64,000 bases of DNA from the human T2T-CHM13v2.0 reference genome, Homo sapiens: the NCBI RefSeq assembly GCF_009914755.1, contig NC_060927.1; one strand, 5' to 3'. Position numbers and translations under genes: made by a program. The notes beneath the pieces were generated by a model, which worked only from the letters and a program-made list of their open reading frames with translations, was not told the origin of the DNA and made no database searches. This document shows, in pieces, positions 45,289 through 59,952 of the stretch (the first letter of the stretch is position 1; each line of letters opens with the position of its first letter).

Positions 45289-48119
45289 ATGGTCAAGTAG
45301 CACTTAGGATCTTATGCCATCTCCTTTTCATGTGCCTTCCAATACATCAGAGGTAGAAAGGTAAAAATGGATATTTCCCAGGCTCCTTTGCAGGTAGGGT
45401 GGTAGATTCAAAATAGATTCACCCATTAATGCATTCCTGTGAGGATTTAGAGGCAGAAGTGTGCCAGATGCTGCTGTTGGCTCTTCATTTTTGGTTTTAG
45501 GTACAGCTGTGGAGATGTGAGGTCTAAAGTAACATTCCAGGGTCTCATCCCCACCTTTGTGGTTGTCAGGAGACATTTGGGCTGGAACGGTGGGGACTTC
45601 TTATTCCTTTGGTCTCAGCTGCAGTGGCGTGTTCTTCCTGATGGTGGCAGATGTATTATAGCAGCAGCTTTTAAGGACCAGTTCTGTGATGATTTAGGAG
45701 TCGTTTTTAGGGGGCCAGCCTAGAGCCTGCTCCTATAGAATTTCCAGGGATTTTATAGGCATCTAATTATCTGTGTTAAATTCCTTTTACTTAAAATATT
45801 TACAGGGGTTTCTACTCTAAATTATGAAGTATTGATAAGAAAAAAGAAAAGAATAAAAAATATAAAAAGGGAAAAGTTAACAAAATGAACAACTGGTTCA
45901 CACGAGACGAAATGCGGAAAAATAGAAAGCCCCTGAAGTGGATCTCCTTTTAGGAGTTGCCCTGTGGCAAACTCACCCAAATGGCTAACATGAAAGCAGC
46001 CGCCCACACAATGTGATCCCTCTCCTTTCCCCCTATGAAAGAGATTGTCTTGTAAGTCCCTTCTTCAGAAACTTGACATTGGATTTAAAATCTCTTTTAT
46101 ATTTTTCCAGGTGCTGAAATACAGATGTGTAAAATTTTGCCTGTGGACTGAGACACAGAGAAAGCTGATTTGTAGTGAGAAAGAAAATTAGGCAAGGGAA
46201 AAGGAAGGAACTGAAAGAAGTAGGAATAAGAAAGTGGTGAAGAGAGTGAGAAAGATCCCCTGGTTTCAGTTTGTTCCTGGGGTGCAGGAATAAATTTCTT
46301 ATTTTGCTTAAGCATGATGTGTTTTTGGTTACTTGCAAATAACAATAACAATAATTCTAACCAATATCTTTGCAATAACAGAAAATTGACTCAAAGATCA
46401 CTAATTCCAAAAATACTTATTGGGCATCTTGTGAAAAGGAATTGAGGAACAGGGCTTTGAATAAGACCAAGCCTTCATATTCATGGAGAATCCAGTTGAG
46501 TAGGGAAAGAGATACTGATCAAGTAATTATAGAGAAGTATAAGTTTTCTCAAGAGTGTACACCAGGATTGATGAGGACTTGCTAAGTCATTTAGAATAGG
46601 TGATTAGCCAAAATAATCACTTCTTTATTCATGATTGGGGAAATCTCTTTTAAGTGTTTGTGATGCTTTTGTCCACTTTTCAGGAAGAGCGCCTTTTTAC
46701 TAATATGACCAAATACGAGTCAAAAACTTGTGGGATAGAAATATGAAGAGCTTAACAGCAGAATCTGAGACTCAAAGTTGTGACTTTGGGCCTGTCATGG
46801 GCCTATTTACCCCACTAATGGGAGCTGTTTATGAGTGTCCTTCCTTCCAGTGACATAGATTAATTAACTCAACAGGTTCAAGTCAGAAGCTTATGAACCA
46901 CTGAAAAACTATTAGAATTCTCATACACATACCTATGTTTCCTCCTACGTGGCCCTGCTTTGATTACAAAATCTACATTCAGAGATATTTATTCACATTT
47001 TCCTCTGTGAGAACTCATGCTAAGAAGATTCTGGAGAGAGATATAAACACGGTTGCATGGATATTTTGGGGTTACCAAAAAAATACATGGTTTCTTTAAG
47101 ATGTTAAAAGATATTCTGTGATTTCCAGGCCTGGCTGAACACTGCTTTGACCTGATGTGAGATGAGGACTCTAATACTGAGATAATATGTGTCTATGAGA
47201 AATGCATCTGGAATCAGAAAGACTGACGGCATCCTGACTCTATTTGCAAGTTGTATGGTCCTCTAGGCCTTATTTCTTTATCTGTAAAATGATATTTTTC
47301 CAGCTCTACTCTGTGATTCTCCGTTGACCAAGACGTGACCGAAAGGATAAAAATGCAAAAACACACACTGAATATGGAAGGAGAGTATTTTGTACAATGG
47401 CTGTATTGCTGGCAGGCTCTAAATTGGTGTGAAACCCTGAACTTGAGGGAGCGGAAGATGAGCCAGGCTCAGCTCACACCAACAAACATGTTACAGCCAG
47501 AGGATGCTTCACCCTGGTTAAATACCAGATGAATTAAAGGCCATTGCCAGCAGCTGTGGAGAATGTCACTGGGATGCTGTCTGATTGCCCAATGAGTGCT
47601 ATGAGTGAAGGATGTCAGCTCCTACGGGAAGGTCAGCTGCATTTCCAATGGTTCAAATGCAGGGTTTGGCTGGAGGCACCTACAGACACACAGGTGCCGA
47701 GAAATGTCTCTTCCTTGCAGTGTGCACTGGGACAGACCAGCTCTGTGCTGTCAGATGAAGTGTAGCATAGACAGCCTGGGCTACGATGGGAAAAGACAGT
47801 GAATCTAGGGCAGGCAATGGGCTATGGGGAGCAGAGGAGTGAGTCTGTTAGGACTTCTTTTTCTTTCTTCTTTTTTCTTTTTCCCGAGAAGTCTGTCCTG
47901 CCACCTTGACTACTGGTTTTTATTGTAAACTTAATTTTTTAAAAGAGTATTGGGCCAATTTAGATTTCAGATTGTGTTTCTTGGAATCCTGGTGGGGGCT
48001 GGAGGAATGGGGTAGATTCGTTAGTCGCTTCAGGGTTATTAGCTCGGGGCAAGCAGGTGGGCTAAGGATTCCTTGACTCTCTTCAACCAGAGTTGATCTA
48101 ATTTCACTTTTCCTCCTTT

Positions 48120-48252
48120 TTCTTTTTGCTTTATTGTATAAATTTAAGGTATATAACATGATGTTTGACATACACATACATAGTGAAATCATTACAATTA
48201 AGCAATTTAACATATCTATCATCTCACATAATTACCCTTTTCGTGGTAAGAG
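48120..48252 (-). mobile_element. L1MA 3'-end fragment
   Basis: 'tttaaggtatataacatgatgtttga', 'catagtgaaat', 'aacatatctatcatctcacata'. Confidence 0.75.
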
Positions 48253-48342
48253 TCGCCGTTTCATACAGTAAGTTCAACTGTAAGATGATCGTGAAATGAT
48301 TTCAGTGCTTAAAATGAATCAATAGGTGAAATTTAATCCCAC

Positions 48343-48445
48343 CAGATCAGAGCTTCTCACTTTGATGTATATATCAGTCATGTGGAGATTTTGTTAAAAT
48401 GCAGATTCTGGTTCTGGGGTGAGGCCTAAGATTTTGCCTTTTCAG
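48343..48445. mobile_element. MER5A fragment truncated by poly-T
   Basis: 'ttgttaaaatgcagattctg' and 'ggggtgaggcctaagattttgc'. Confidence 0.65.
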
Positions 48446-51400
48446 TTTTTTTTTTTTTTGAAATCCAAAGATCTTTATAAAGAAAATGATAACTTTGCAC
48501 AACAGAATCTATGTCTATGAAAAGTTGTGGTAACTAATTTAATATTCTCCGTTTAATTAATTAATTAATTCTACCTCTTAATTAATTTTGAGGTATCATC
48601 AAAAATGTGCTTGAGAATTTTTAACTTGCTCAGAACAGATTTCTCTGATGATTAGCGATGTTGAACATCTTTTTATATGCCTGTTTGCCATTTGCATGCT
48701 TCTTTCAGAAATGTCCATTGAAATCTTTTGCTGATTTTTGATTGAATTATTAGATTTTTTTCCTATAGAGTTGTTTTAGTTCCTTATATATTCTGGTTAT
48801 TAATCCCTTGTCAGATATGTAGTTTGCAAATATTTTCTAATTCTGTGGGTTGTCTCTTCACTTTATTGACTGTATCATTTGCTGTGCAGAAGCTTTTTAA
48901 CTTGATGTGATCCCATTTGTTTATTTTTGACTTGGTTGCCTGTGCTTATGGGGTACTGCTCAAGAAATTCTTGCCCAGATCTTGCCCTGGAGATTTTTCC
49001 CTAATGTTTTATTGTAATAGTTTCATAGTTTGATGTCTTAGATTTAAGTTTTTAATCCATTTTGATTTGATATTTTACATGGCAAGAGGTGGGGTCTAGT
49101 TTCATTCTTCTGCATAAGGATATCCAGTTTTGCCAGCACCAATTATTGAAGAGACTTGTTTATTTTTCCCCAGTGTATGTTCTTGGCACCTTTGTTGCAA
49201 ATGAGGTCACTGTAGGTGTGTGGATTTGCTTCTGGGTTCTCTATTCTGTTCCATTGGTCTAGGTGTTTTTTTTAGGCCAGTACCACACTGTTTTGGTTAC
49301 TACAGCTGTGTAGTATAATTTGAAGCCAGGTAATGTGATTCCTCCAGTTTTGTCCTTTTTGCTTAGGATAGCTTTGGCTATTCTGGGTCTTTTGTGGTTC
49401 CATATAAATTTTAGCATTGTTTTTGCTATTTCTGTGAAGAGTGTCATTGGTATTTTGATAGGGATTGCATTGAAGCTACGGACTACTTTGGACAGTATGG
49501 ACATTTTAGCAATAGTGTTCTTCCAATCCATGGACATGAAATGTTTTTCTATTTTTTGGTTTCCTCTTCAATTTCTTCCGTAAGTGTTTTACAGTTTTCA
49601 TTACAGAGATCTTTCACTTCTTTGGTTAGGTTAGTTCCTAGGTATTTAATTTTATGTGTGGCTATTGTAAATGGGATTACTTTTTAATTTCTTTTTCACA
49701 TTGTTCACTGTTGGCATATAGAAATGCTACTAGTTTTTATATGTTGCTTTTGTATCCTGCAAGTTTACTGAATTTCTTTTATCAGTTCTAATTGATTTCT
49801 TATGGAGTCTTTAGATTTTTCCAAATGTAAGATCCTATCATCTGCAAACAAGGATAGTTCACCTTCTTTCTTTCCAACTTGGATGCTCTTTATAGCTTTC
49901 TCTTGTCTGATTGCTCTAGCTAGGACCTCCAGTACTATGTTGAATAACAGTGGTGACATTGTGCATCCTTGTCCTGTTCCAGATCTTAGAGGAAAGGCTT
50001 TCAGTTTTTCCCCATTCAGTATGATACTAGTTGTGGGTCTGTCATAAATGGCTTTTATTATGTTGCGATATGTTCGTTGTATCCCCAGTTTTTTGAGGGT
50101 GTTTATCATGAAGGGATGCTGAATTTTATCAAATGCTTTTTTTCGGCATCAATTGAAATGATCATGCAGTTTTTATCCTTTACTCTGTTAATATGACGGA
50201 TCACATTGATTGATTTGCATATGTTGAACCATTCTTGCATCCCAGGCATAAATCTTACTTGGTCATGATGAATGATCTTTCTAATGTATTGTTGAGTTTG
50301 GTTTGTTAGTATTTTTATTGAGAATTTTTGCATCAATAATCATCAGGAATATTAGCCTATAGTTTTTTTCTTTGTTTGTTTGTTTGCTTTTTGAGGTGTC
50401 TTTGTTTGGTTCTGGTATCAGGGGAATACTGGCCTCATGGAAAGGGTTCGGAAGTATTCTATTCTCCTTTATTTTTCAGAATAGTTTGAGTAGGATTGGG
50501 ATTAGTTCTTTAAATGTTTGTTAGAATTCAGCAATGAAGCCATCAGGTTCTGGGCTTTTCTTTACTGGGAGACTTATTTTTTATGGCTTTGATCTCATTA
50601 CTTGTTATTGGTCTATTCAATAACAGACCAATAATAATCTAGGTAGGCTGTATGTATCTAGGAATTTGTCCATTTCTTGTAGATTTTCCAATTTATTGGC
50701 ATATAGTTGCTCATAATAGCCACTAATGATCCTTTGAATTTCTGCAATATCCGTTGTAATGTCACCTTTTAAATTTTTGATTTTGTTTATTTGGATCTTC
50801 CTCATTCAATTTTGGTAGGTTGTATGAACCCAGGAATTTGTCCATTTCTTTTAGATTTTTCAATTTATTGGCATGTTTTATTCATAGTAAACACTAATGA
50901 TCCTTTAAATGCAATATCCATGATAATGCCCGCTTTTTCATTTCTTATTTTATTTATTTGGATCTTCTCTCTTTTTTTTTCTAATTAGTCTAGTTAAAGG
51001 TTTGTCAATTTTAACTTTTCAAAAAACCAACTTTTTGTTTTATTGATCTTTTGTATTTTTTTTTCATTTTAACTTCATTTATTTCTACTCTGATCTTTAT
51101 TATTTCTTTTCTTCTATTAATTTTGGGTTTGGTTTGCTTTTGCTTTTCTAGTTCTTTAAGACACATTATTAGACTGTTCATTTGAAGTTTTTCTTATTTT
51201 TTGTTGTAGATGCTTATAGCTATAAACTTCCCTATTAGTACTGCTTTTGCTGTATCCTATAGGTTGTAGTATGTTGTGTTTCCATTATCATTCGTTTCAA
51301 GAAATTTTTCAATTTCTTTTAAATTTCTTCTTTGACTCACTGGTCATTCAGGAGATTGTTTAATTTTCATGTATTTATATAGTTTCCTAAATTCCTCTTG

Positions 51401-53628
51401 TTATTAATTTCTAGTTTTATTCCACTGTGGTCAGAGAAGATGCTTGATATTAGTTCAATTTTGAATATTCTAAAACTTGTTTTGTGACCTAACATATGGT
51501 CTATCCTTGAAAATGATTTGTGTGCTGAGAAAAAGAACGTTTATTCTGCAGCTTTTTAATAAAAATGTTCTGTAAATATCTATTAGATCCATTTGGTCTA
51601 TAGTGCAGATTAAGTCTGATGTTTCTTTGTTGATTTTTTGTCTGGAAGATATACCCAGTGTTGAAAGTGGGTTGTTGAATTCTCCAGGTATTATTGTATT
51701 GGGACCTGTATCTCTCTTTAGCTCTAATAATATTTTCTTTATAAATCTGGGTGCTGCTCCCATGTTGCCTGCATATATATTTAAAATTGTTATATCCTCT
51801 TGCTGAATTGATCCCTTTATCATTAAATAGTGACCTACTTTGTCTCTTCCTATAGTTTTTGACTTGAAATCTATATTGTTCAATACATGTATAGTGACTC
51901 CTGCTCTTTTATGGTTTCTATTGGCATGGAATGTCTTTCTCCATCCCTTTATTTTCATCTATATGTGTCTTTACAGGTGAAGTGTGTTTCTTGTAGGCAA
52001 CAGATCAATGGGTCTTGTTTTTTCATTCATTCAGCCAGTCTATGTCTTTTGATTGAAGAGCTTAGTCCATTTACATTCAATGTTATTATTGATAAGTAAA
52101 GACTTCTGCCATTCTGTTATTTGTTTTCTGGTTATTTTATAGTCTTTTTCCTTCTTTGTTTCCTTCCTATCTTCCTCTAGGAAAGTTGATTTTCTATGGT
52201 GATATGATTTAGTTTCTTGCTTTGCTTGTGTGTGTGTATTCATTGTATGTTTTTTGGTTTGAAGTTACCATGAGGTTTGCAAATACTATCTTATAATCCA
52301 TTATTTTAATCTGATAACAATTTAACACTATTTGCACAAACAAACATAAAGAAAACTAATACAAACATTTTACCTTAACTCCATCCCCCAACTTTTTAAC
52401 TTTTTGTTGTTTCTATTTACATGTTATTGTACTGACTATGTCTTAAAATATTGTTATTTTTGATTTTTGTTATAGTTGATATTTTGGGTTATTTTGATTT
52501 TTGATTAAAAAGTTATTATTTTTGATTGGTTCATTGTTTAGTCTTTCTACTTAGGATAAGAGTAGTTTACACATCACTTACAGTTTTATAATATTCTGTG
52601 TTTATCTGTCTACTTACTATTACTGGTTAGTTTTGTACCTTCAGGTGATTATTTTTTGCTTATTCATGTTTTTTTCTTTCTGACTGAAGTACTCCCTTTA
52701 GCATTTCTTGTAGGACAAGTCTGGTATTGATGATATCCCTCAACTTTTGTTTGTCTGGGAAAGTCTTTATTTGTCCTTCATGTTTGAAGGATATTTTCAC
52801 TAGATATACTATTCTAGGATTAACTTTTTTTTCCTTCAGCACTTTCAATATGTCATGCCACTCTCTCCTGGCCTGTAAGGTTTCCACTGAAGTCTGCTGC
52901 CAGACATATCAGAGCTCCATTGTATACTATTTGTTTCTTTTCTCTTGCCACTTTTAGGATCCTTTCTTTATCCTTGACCTTTGGGAGTTTGATTATGAAA
53001 TGCCTTGAGTTAGTCTTGTTTGGATTAAATCTGCTTTGGGTTAAACCTTCTTGAACTTGGATGTTGATATCTTTCTCTAGGCTTGGAAAATTCTCCATTT
53101 TATTTCTTTGAATAAACTTTCTACCTCTATCTTTCTCTACCTCCTCTTTAAGGCCAATAACTATTATATTTGTCTCTTTGAGTCTACTTTCTAGATCCTG
53201 TAAGTCTGCTTTATTGTTTTTACTCTTTTTTCTTTTGTCTACTCTGATTGTGTATTTTCAAATAGCTTGTCTTCAAGCTCACCAATTCTTTCTTCTGCTT
53301 TATTCATTCTGCTATTAAAGGACTCTGATGCTTTCTTCAGTATGCCACCTGCATTTTTCAGCGCCATAATTTTTGCTTGGTTCTTTTTAATTATTTCAAT
53401 CTCTTTGTTAAATTTATCTGATAGAATTCTGAATTTCTTCTCTGTGTTATCTTGAATATCTTTGAGTTTTCTCAACACAGCTATTTTGAATTCTCTGTCT
53501 GAAAGGTTGAATTCTCTGTTTGATATCTCTGTTTCTCCAGGATTGGTCCCTGGTGCCTTATTTACTTCATTTAGTGAGCTCATGTTTTCCTGGATGGTTT
53601 GATGCTAGTAGCTGTTCTCTGGTGTCTG

Positions 53629-53909
53629 GGCCGGGCATGGTGTCTAACACCCATAATCCCAGCACTTTGGGAGGCTGAGGCAAGTGGATCATCTGAGGTC
53701 AGGGGTTTGAGACCAGCCTGGCCAATATGGTGAAGCCCCTTCTCTATTAAAAATATTTTTTTAAAAATTAGCCAGGCATAGTTGTGGGTGCCTGTAATCC
53801 CAGCTACTCAGGAGGCTGAGGCAGGAGAATTGCTTGAACCTGTGAGGTTTAAGTTGCAGTGAGCCAAGATCGCATCACTGCACTCCAGCCTGGGTGACAA
53901 GAGTTAAAT

Positions 53910-53917
<8 letters not shown>
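53629..53917 (+). mobile_element. Alu (AluS) inserted in the L1, with no A-tail
   Basis: Dimer ending 'ccatctc' directly into (CT)n. Confidence 0.92.
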
Positions 53918-53989
<72 letters not shown>

Positions 53990-54023
53990 CACACATATAT
54001 GTATACATATATATATATGTATA
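53914..54023. repeat. Compound (CT)n(GT)n(AT/AC)n microsatellite
   Basis: Direct reading of the sequence. Confidence 0.95.
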
Positions 54024-55132
54024 TTTTCTGTGTCTTGGCATTGAAGAGCTAGGTATTTATTATAGTTTTCATTGTCTGGGCTTATTGGTAGCCATCCTTC
54101 TTGGGAAGGCTTTTCAGATATTTGGAAGAACCTGGGTGTTGTGATCTAAGCTGTATCTGCTTTAGGGGGCACCCCTAGTCCAGTGAGGCTGTGGTTCTTG
54201 CAGACTCATAGAGGTACTATCTTGATGATCCCTTCAGGGCAGTTGGCTCCCCTTTGGCTCAGGGAAGGTCCAGAAATACCATCTAAGAGTCAACACCTGG
54301 AATTGGGGACCCCAAGAGGCCATTTGGTACTCTATCCCTGTGTGGCTGTGCTCGTATCTGTGGTGCAAAACAAAGTCCCGTTTACTTTTCCCTCTGCTTT
54401 TCTCAAGCAGAAGCAGTTTTGCGTTATAGCCATCACAGCTGGCAGTGTGCTGAGTCTCACCTGAAGCCAGCAAGTCTCAGAAGTTCACCCAAGGCCCTTG
54501 ATGTAGTGCCTGGGTATTACTGCTGGTCATTCAGGGTTCAAGAGCTCTTCAGGTAGCAGGTGATAAGTGTCTTCTTTCCTTCAAGGCAGAAGGTTTCCTT
54601 CTGGCCCAGGGTGTGTCTAGAAATGTCATCTGGGAGATAGTATCTGAAACAGGGACCTCATGACTCTGACAGGTCCTCTATTCTACTGTGGCTCAGCTGA
54701 TATTTAAGATTTAACACAAAGTCCTCCTTATTCTTACCTCTCCTCTCCTCAAGCTGAAGGAAGAGGTCTCACTTGGAGATGCTAGCCGTGCATCCTGGGG
54801 TTAGGGCAGGGGTGATGCCAGCATTCCCTTGGCTGCTCCAGCTGGTGTCTCAGTATGTTGTGTGCCCCCTCGGTCCACTGTCTCTGGGACTACTTCAGCA
54901 CAAAAATTGGCCTAAGAGTTGCAGTCCTTATGATCTAGACTGCTTTTCAAGTTTACTTGGAGACAAACAGTGCTGTAGTTCTCGTTGGCGAGGTTTGTGG
55001 GCACTTAAGTTCGGAACGCTAGTATCTGTGATTCCCCTCTAAATCGGCTAGTTTGAATGCTTCCTCTGTGGGTGGGCATCAGCTGAGTTTGGTCTGGTTT
55101 TCCTTTCTGCTCTAACACAACAGCACTGAGTT

Positions 55133-55190
55133 CATTGCACTCCAGCCTGGGGGACAGAGTGAGACTGTTTCTGAAAAACAAACAAAAAAA
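55133..55190 (+). mobile_element. Alu 3'-terminal fragment
   Basis: 'cattgcactccagcctgggggacagagtgagactg' plus A-rich tail. Confidence 0.85.
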
Positions 55191-55469
55191 AGAAATCCAC
55201 CAAAAAACAGGAAAAAGGAATTCCAAATAATTAGGATAACAGAAGAACATTTCAAAATAACTATTATAAGATGAGAGATAAAATAATGTGTGAGAACTTT
55301 CTCCAGAGTAAGAGCGATTCAGGAGGGAACGCTGAAAAGATTTGAAGACTGAGAGGGACTTTACCCATTGTTGCCTAAGGGGAACCACATGGAAAGAAAG
55401 AGAAGGGATGCAGAGGAGATTAATAATAAATGGTGAGATGGTATAATCAGTAAATAAGAAAGATATTTT

Positions 55470-55757
55470 GGCTGGGCGAGGTGGCTAAAGCCTGTAATCC
55501 CAGCACTTTGGGAAGCCAAGGCGGGTGGATCACCTGAGGTCAGGATACCTGGCCAACATAGTAAAACCACATCTCTACTAAAAATACAAAAATTAGCCGG
55601 GCGTGATAGTGTGCACCTGTAATCTGTACTCGGGAGGCTGAGGCAGGAGAATTGCTTAAGCCAGGAAGCGGAGGTTGCAGTGAGCCAATATCACGTCACT
55701 GCACTCCAGCCTAGGCAACAGAGACTCCGTCTCCAAAAAAAGAAAAAAAAAAAAAAA
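55470..55757 (+). mobile_element. Alu (AluS) with small internal deletions
   Basis: TSD aagaaagatattttg. Confidence 0.95.
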
Positions 55758-56971
55758 GAAAGATATTTTGACAATTGGGAATAAACTATTAGAAATTGAA
55801 AACTCAGTAGAATAATTAAAATACAAAGAAATCTCATAGAAAATAAAATAAACAAAGAAATGAATACAAATATGTGAAAGATGGGAAAGCAAATATGAGA
55901 ACATTCAAGGGTTAATTTAAGAATGTGGCATTCCAATATTAGGAGCTATAGAGCCAAAATTGGGAAAATAGAAGAGAGAAAATTAAGAATGGTTATAAGA
56001 AAAACTTGCAAAGCTAAAGAGCACGACTACAGACTGAAATAGCCCATCATAATAAGTGAAAAAGACACACCAACATTTATTGTTATAAAAACTTGAAATG
56101 CTGGAGATGAAAAGAAAATGCAAAAATATGACTAAACAAGGAAATGGGGATGAAAATCATATTGCACCTCTTAATTCAATACTAGATGCTAGAAAATAGT
56201 GGACCAATGCCGTCAGAATTAAGGAATACTAATTTATAAACTAGAATTCCATATCTAGCTAAACTATTCATTAAACATACTTAAAAATTAAGCTATTTCA
56301 GACCTATAAGAGTCTCCCATTTATCCTTTCAGGGGAAATGTTGGAGAATGTGCTTCAGCAAAATAAGAGAGTAAAACAAAAAATGAAAATGTGAAACAGT
56401 AAACATAGGATTTTATATAGGAAAAGTGTGAAAAGAAGCCTCTGAGTAACAAGTATAAAATTGGCCTAAAGAGCAAACGATCCAGATTGAATAGAGCACT
56501 GGAGAGCTGTAGCCAGGAAATTACTAGGACAGAAGTAGAATGAAAAGATTGTTCATCGTGCTTCAGTGATTACAAAAGAATTGGAAAATTTCTGACAGAA
56601 TTCTTGGAGCATTTGGAAAATCATGGACTTAAATACACAGACTACAAAACAAAAGAAAATGGCAAGACAAATATTAACTCCAGAAAAAAAAACTTGCACA
56701 GGAAACAAAACATGATACGACTAGACAGCAAACTATATTTACACGGTCATATTGTAAATGCTGACTAAAATTTAAGCCAAAATTATAACATAAGAGGATT
56801 TTGAGTTGTATAGAGTTTCTGTAATAGACCATAGCATAATAATAGAAGTAATATAACTTCTAGAACTTCTCATACAAGTTAGTAGAACTGTAAGGAATAA
56901 TTTGTCAAAAGTTTTCATTAAGTTTCAAAAGAAAAATATGTGAAGAACCAAACTTAAAAAACTAGACAGAA

Positions 56972-57355
<384 letters not shown>

Positions 57356-57800
57356 TCAAGATAACCAAAAACTTGTTCTTGTAAAGCCCAACAGGATAGT
57401 AAAATGTTGGGCAAGTCTGACCAAGAAAAAAGAGAGAACAAACAAATAAGTAATATTAACAATAAGAAAGAGAAAATAATAACATTGAAATACCACTGAA
57501 ACAGGAAATGATAATAGGAAGGAAATTGTGAGAGGATAACATATATCTTAGTACCAAAAAAGTCCAAATCTAGATGAAGCAGATGATGTTTTAGCAAACT
57601 CAAGGGCTAGACAAATGAATATGTGAAAGGTAATGACAAACTGTGTAGAAAGCCCAGATAATTTTCAAGGTCATTTTATTTAAGGTCCAAGAGAGATAAT
57701 TCCTATTATTATATAAAAACTTGTAGTGCTCTCCAAGTTTTTATTGCTCTTCAAGCGATCTCATTTGGGAATATAATGTGAATATGAAAATAAAGCATGA

Positions 57801-58583
<783 letters not shown>

Positions 58584-59339
58584 TGACATTAGTTTAAATT
58601 AGAAAATTCACTAATGTAATTTATGTAATGTAATTCACTACATTTCATTTAAAGTAAAAAAATAGTGATTACATAGATAATTTTAAAAACTTATCATTTT
58701 AACATCTGGTTCTAATTCTTAAATTTTACTAAAGTGATCTATTGGAAACCTTGAGCAAATATCATAGTTAATGGTAAAATATTTGAAACATTTCTATTTA
58801 TATACATATAGTATTCAATGTTGTTTTTGAAGCTTTAGTCAATACTTGATTGAGATAGGTAAATAAAATAAAAGGACAAATACAAAAAAAAAACAATTAT
58901 TATTTTTAGTTAATATGGTTGTCTATAGATGATCAATTTGCTTATAATTGGTTTACAAGTTTAAAAATTGCAATATGTTTACAAATTTAAAAATTAAAAC
59001 TAATAAAAGAGTCAAGTTGGGTAGATGCCTAAAAGATGAATAAGCCAAAATTTATACTTTTTTTTATAATGCAGAAATAAATAGTTATAAAATATAACAA
59101 AGTTGCCTTTTTATACATAGCAAAAGTAAAAATCATAAATTATCAAGGAATATATGTAACTGAAAATGTGGAAGAACTACAAATATCCAAGATCTATTAA
59201 TATATAAAGATTTTCTGAAGGAATTAAAGGAAGACCTAAATAAATTGAAAGACAAACTTTGTTCTTAGATAAGAATAATCAAAAATGTTTTAACTATCTC
59301 CAAATTATTTTATAAATTAAATACCAATCTCAGTTGAGA

Positions 59340-59660
59340 ATTCTCATTACACATGTGGCTAACTCCTTCACCTTCAAGTTTTGCTCAAATGTCCCCTTCT
59401 CAATGAGCCTTTTCCTAATCATCTTATTCAAAATTTCAACTGGTTTCCTCACCAACTACCTTGCTAACTCTTCTGCTTTTTCCTTTTTTCCATAGTGTAC
59501 CTACCTTCTAATTACTAGATAATTATTTATTGTGTGTACTATTTATTGTCTGCCTCACTTTGTTAGAATGTACATTCTATAGGAGAGCAGAAATTGGGAC
59601 CTCTTCAATGAGGTATTCCCAGTACGGTATGTTTGACGCATGAAATTGCTCAATAACTAT
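59340..59660 (+). mobile_element. L2 3' fragment
   Basis: 'tgctcaaatgtccccttctcaatgag', 'tttattgtctgcctc', 'gctcaataactattg'. Confidence 0.75.
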
Positions 59661-59952
59661 TGCAAATATTTTTTGACACTGTCAACTGTTTTCTAAAATT
59701 CTGTTTATGATATATTTGCCATCACTTTTTGGTTTGTTTTTAGTAGTAAAATCTATCAAATTTTACTTTTATGCTTTCTGGATTCCATGTCAATCTAAAA
59801 TTATATAATAATTGTATATATTTTGGTTTTGTGCTTTAATCATTTCTAAAATCAAAATGGAATTGATTAAAATTAAAAACTTAAAGTTGTTTTTAAAACT
59901 AGAAAACTGAAAAATTATACTGTAGGTTTAAGTATGATATAAAAGCCCAAAT

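Larger units (their letters stand above)
48639..55135 (-). mobile_element. Near-full-length old L1 (L1MA/L1M2-like): 5'UTR, ORF1, spacer and ORF2, degraded and lacking its native 3' end
   Basis: ORF1 pieces at 52660-53583 (LSDREFKIAVLRKL, RLAADFS-like, KTFPDKQKL); endonuclease at 51470-51958; RT at 49765-50336 ([15 protein letters not shown]). Confidence 0.93.
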
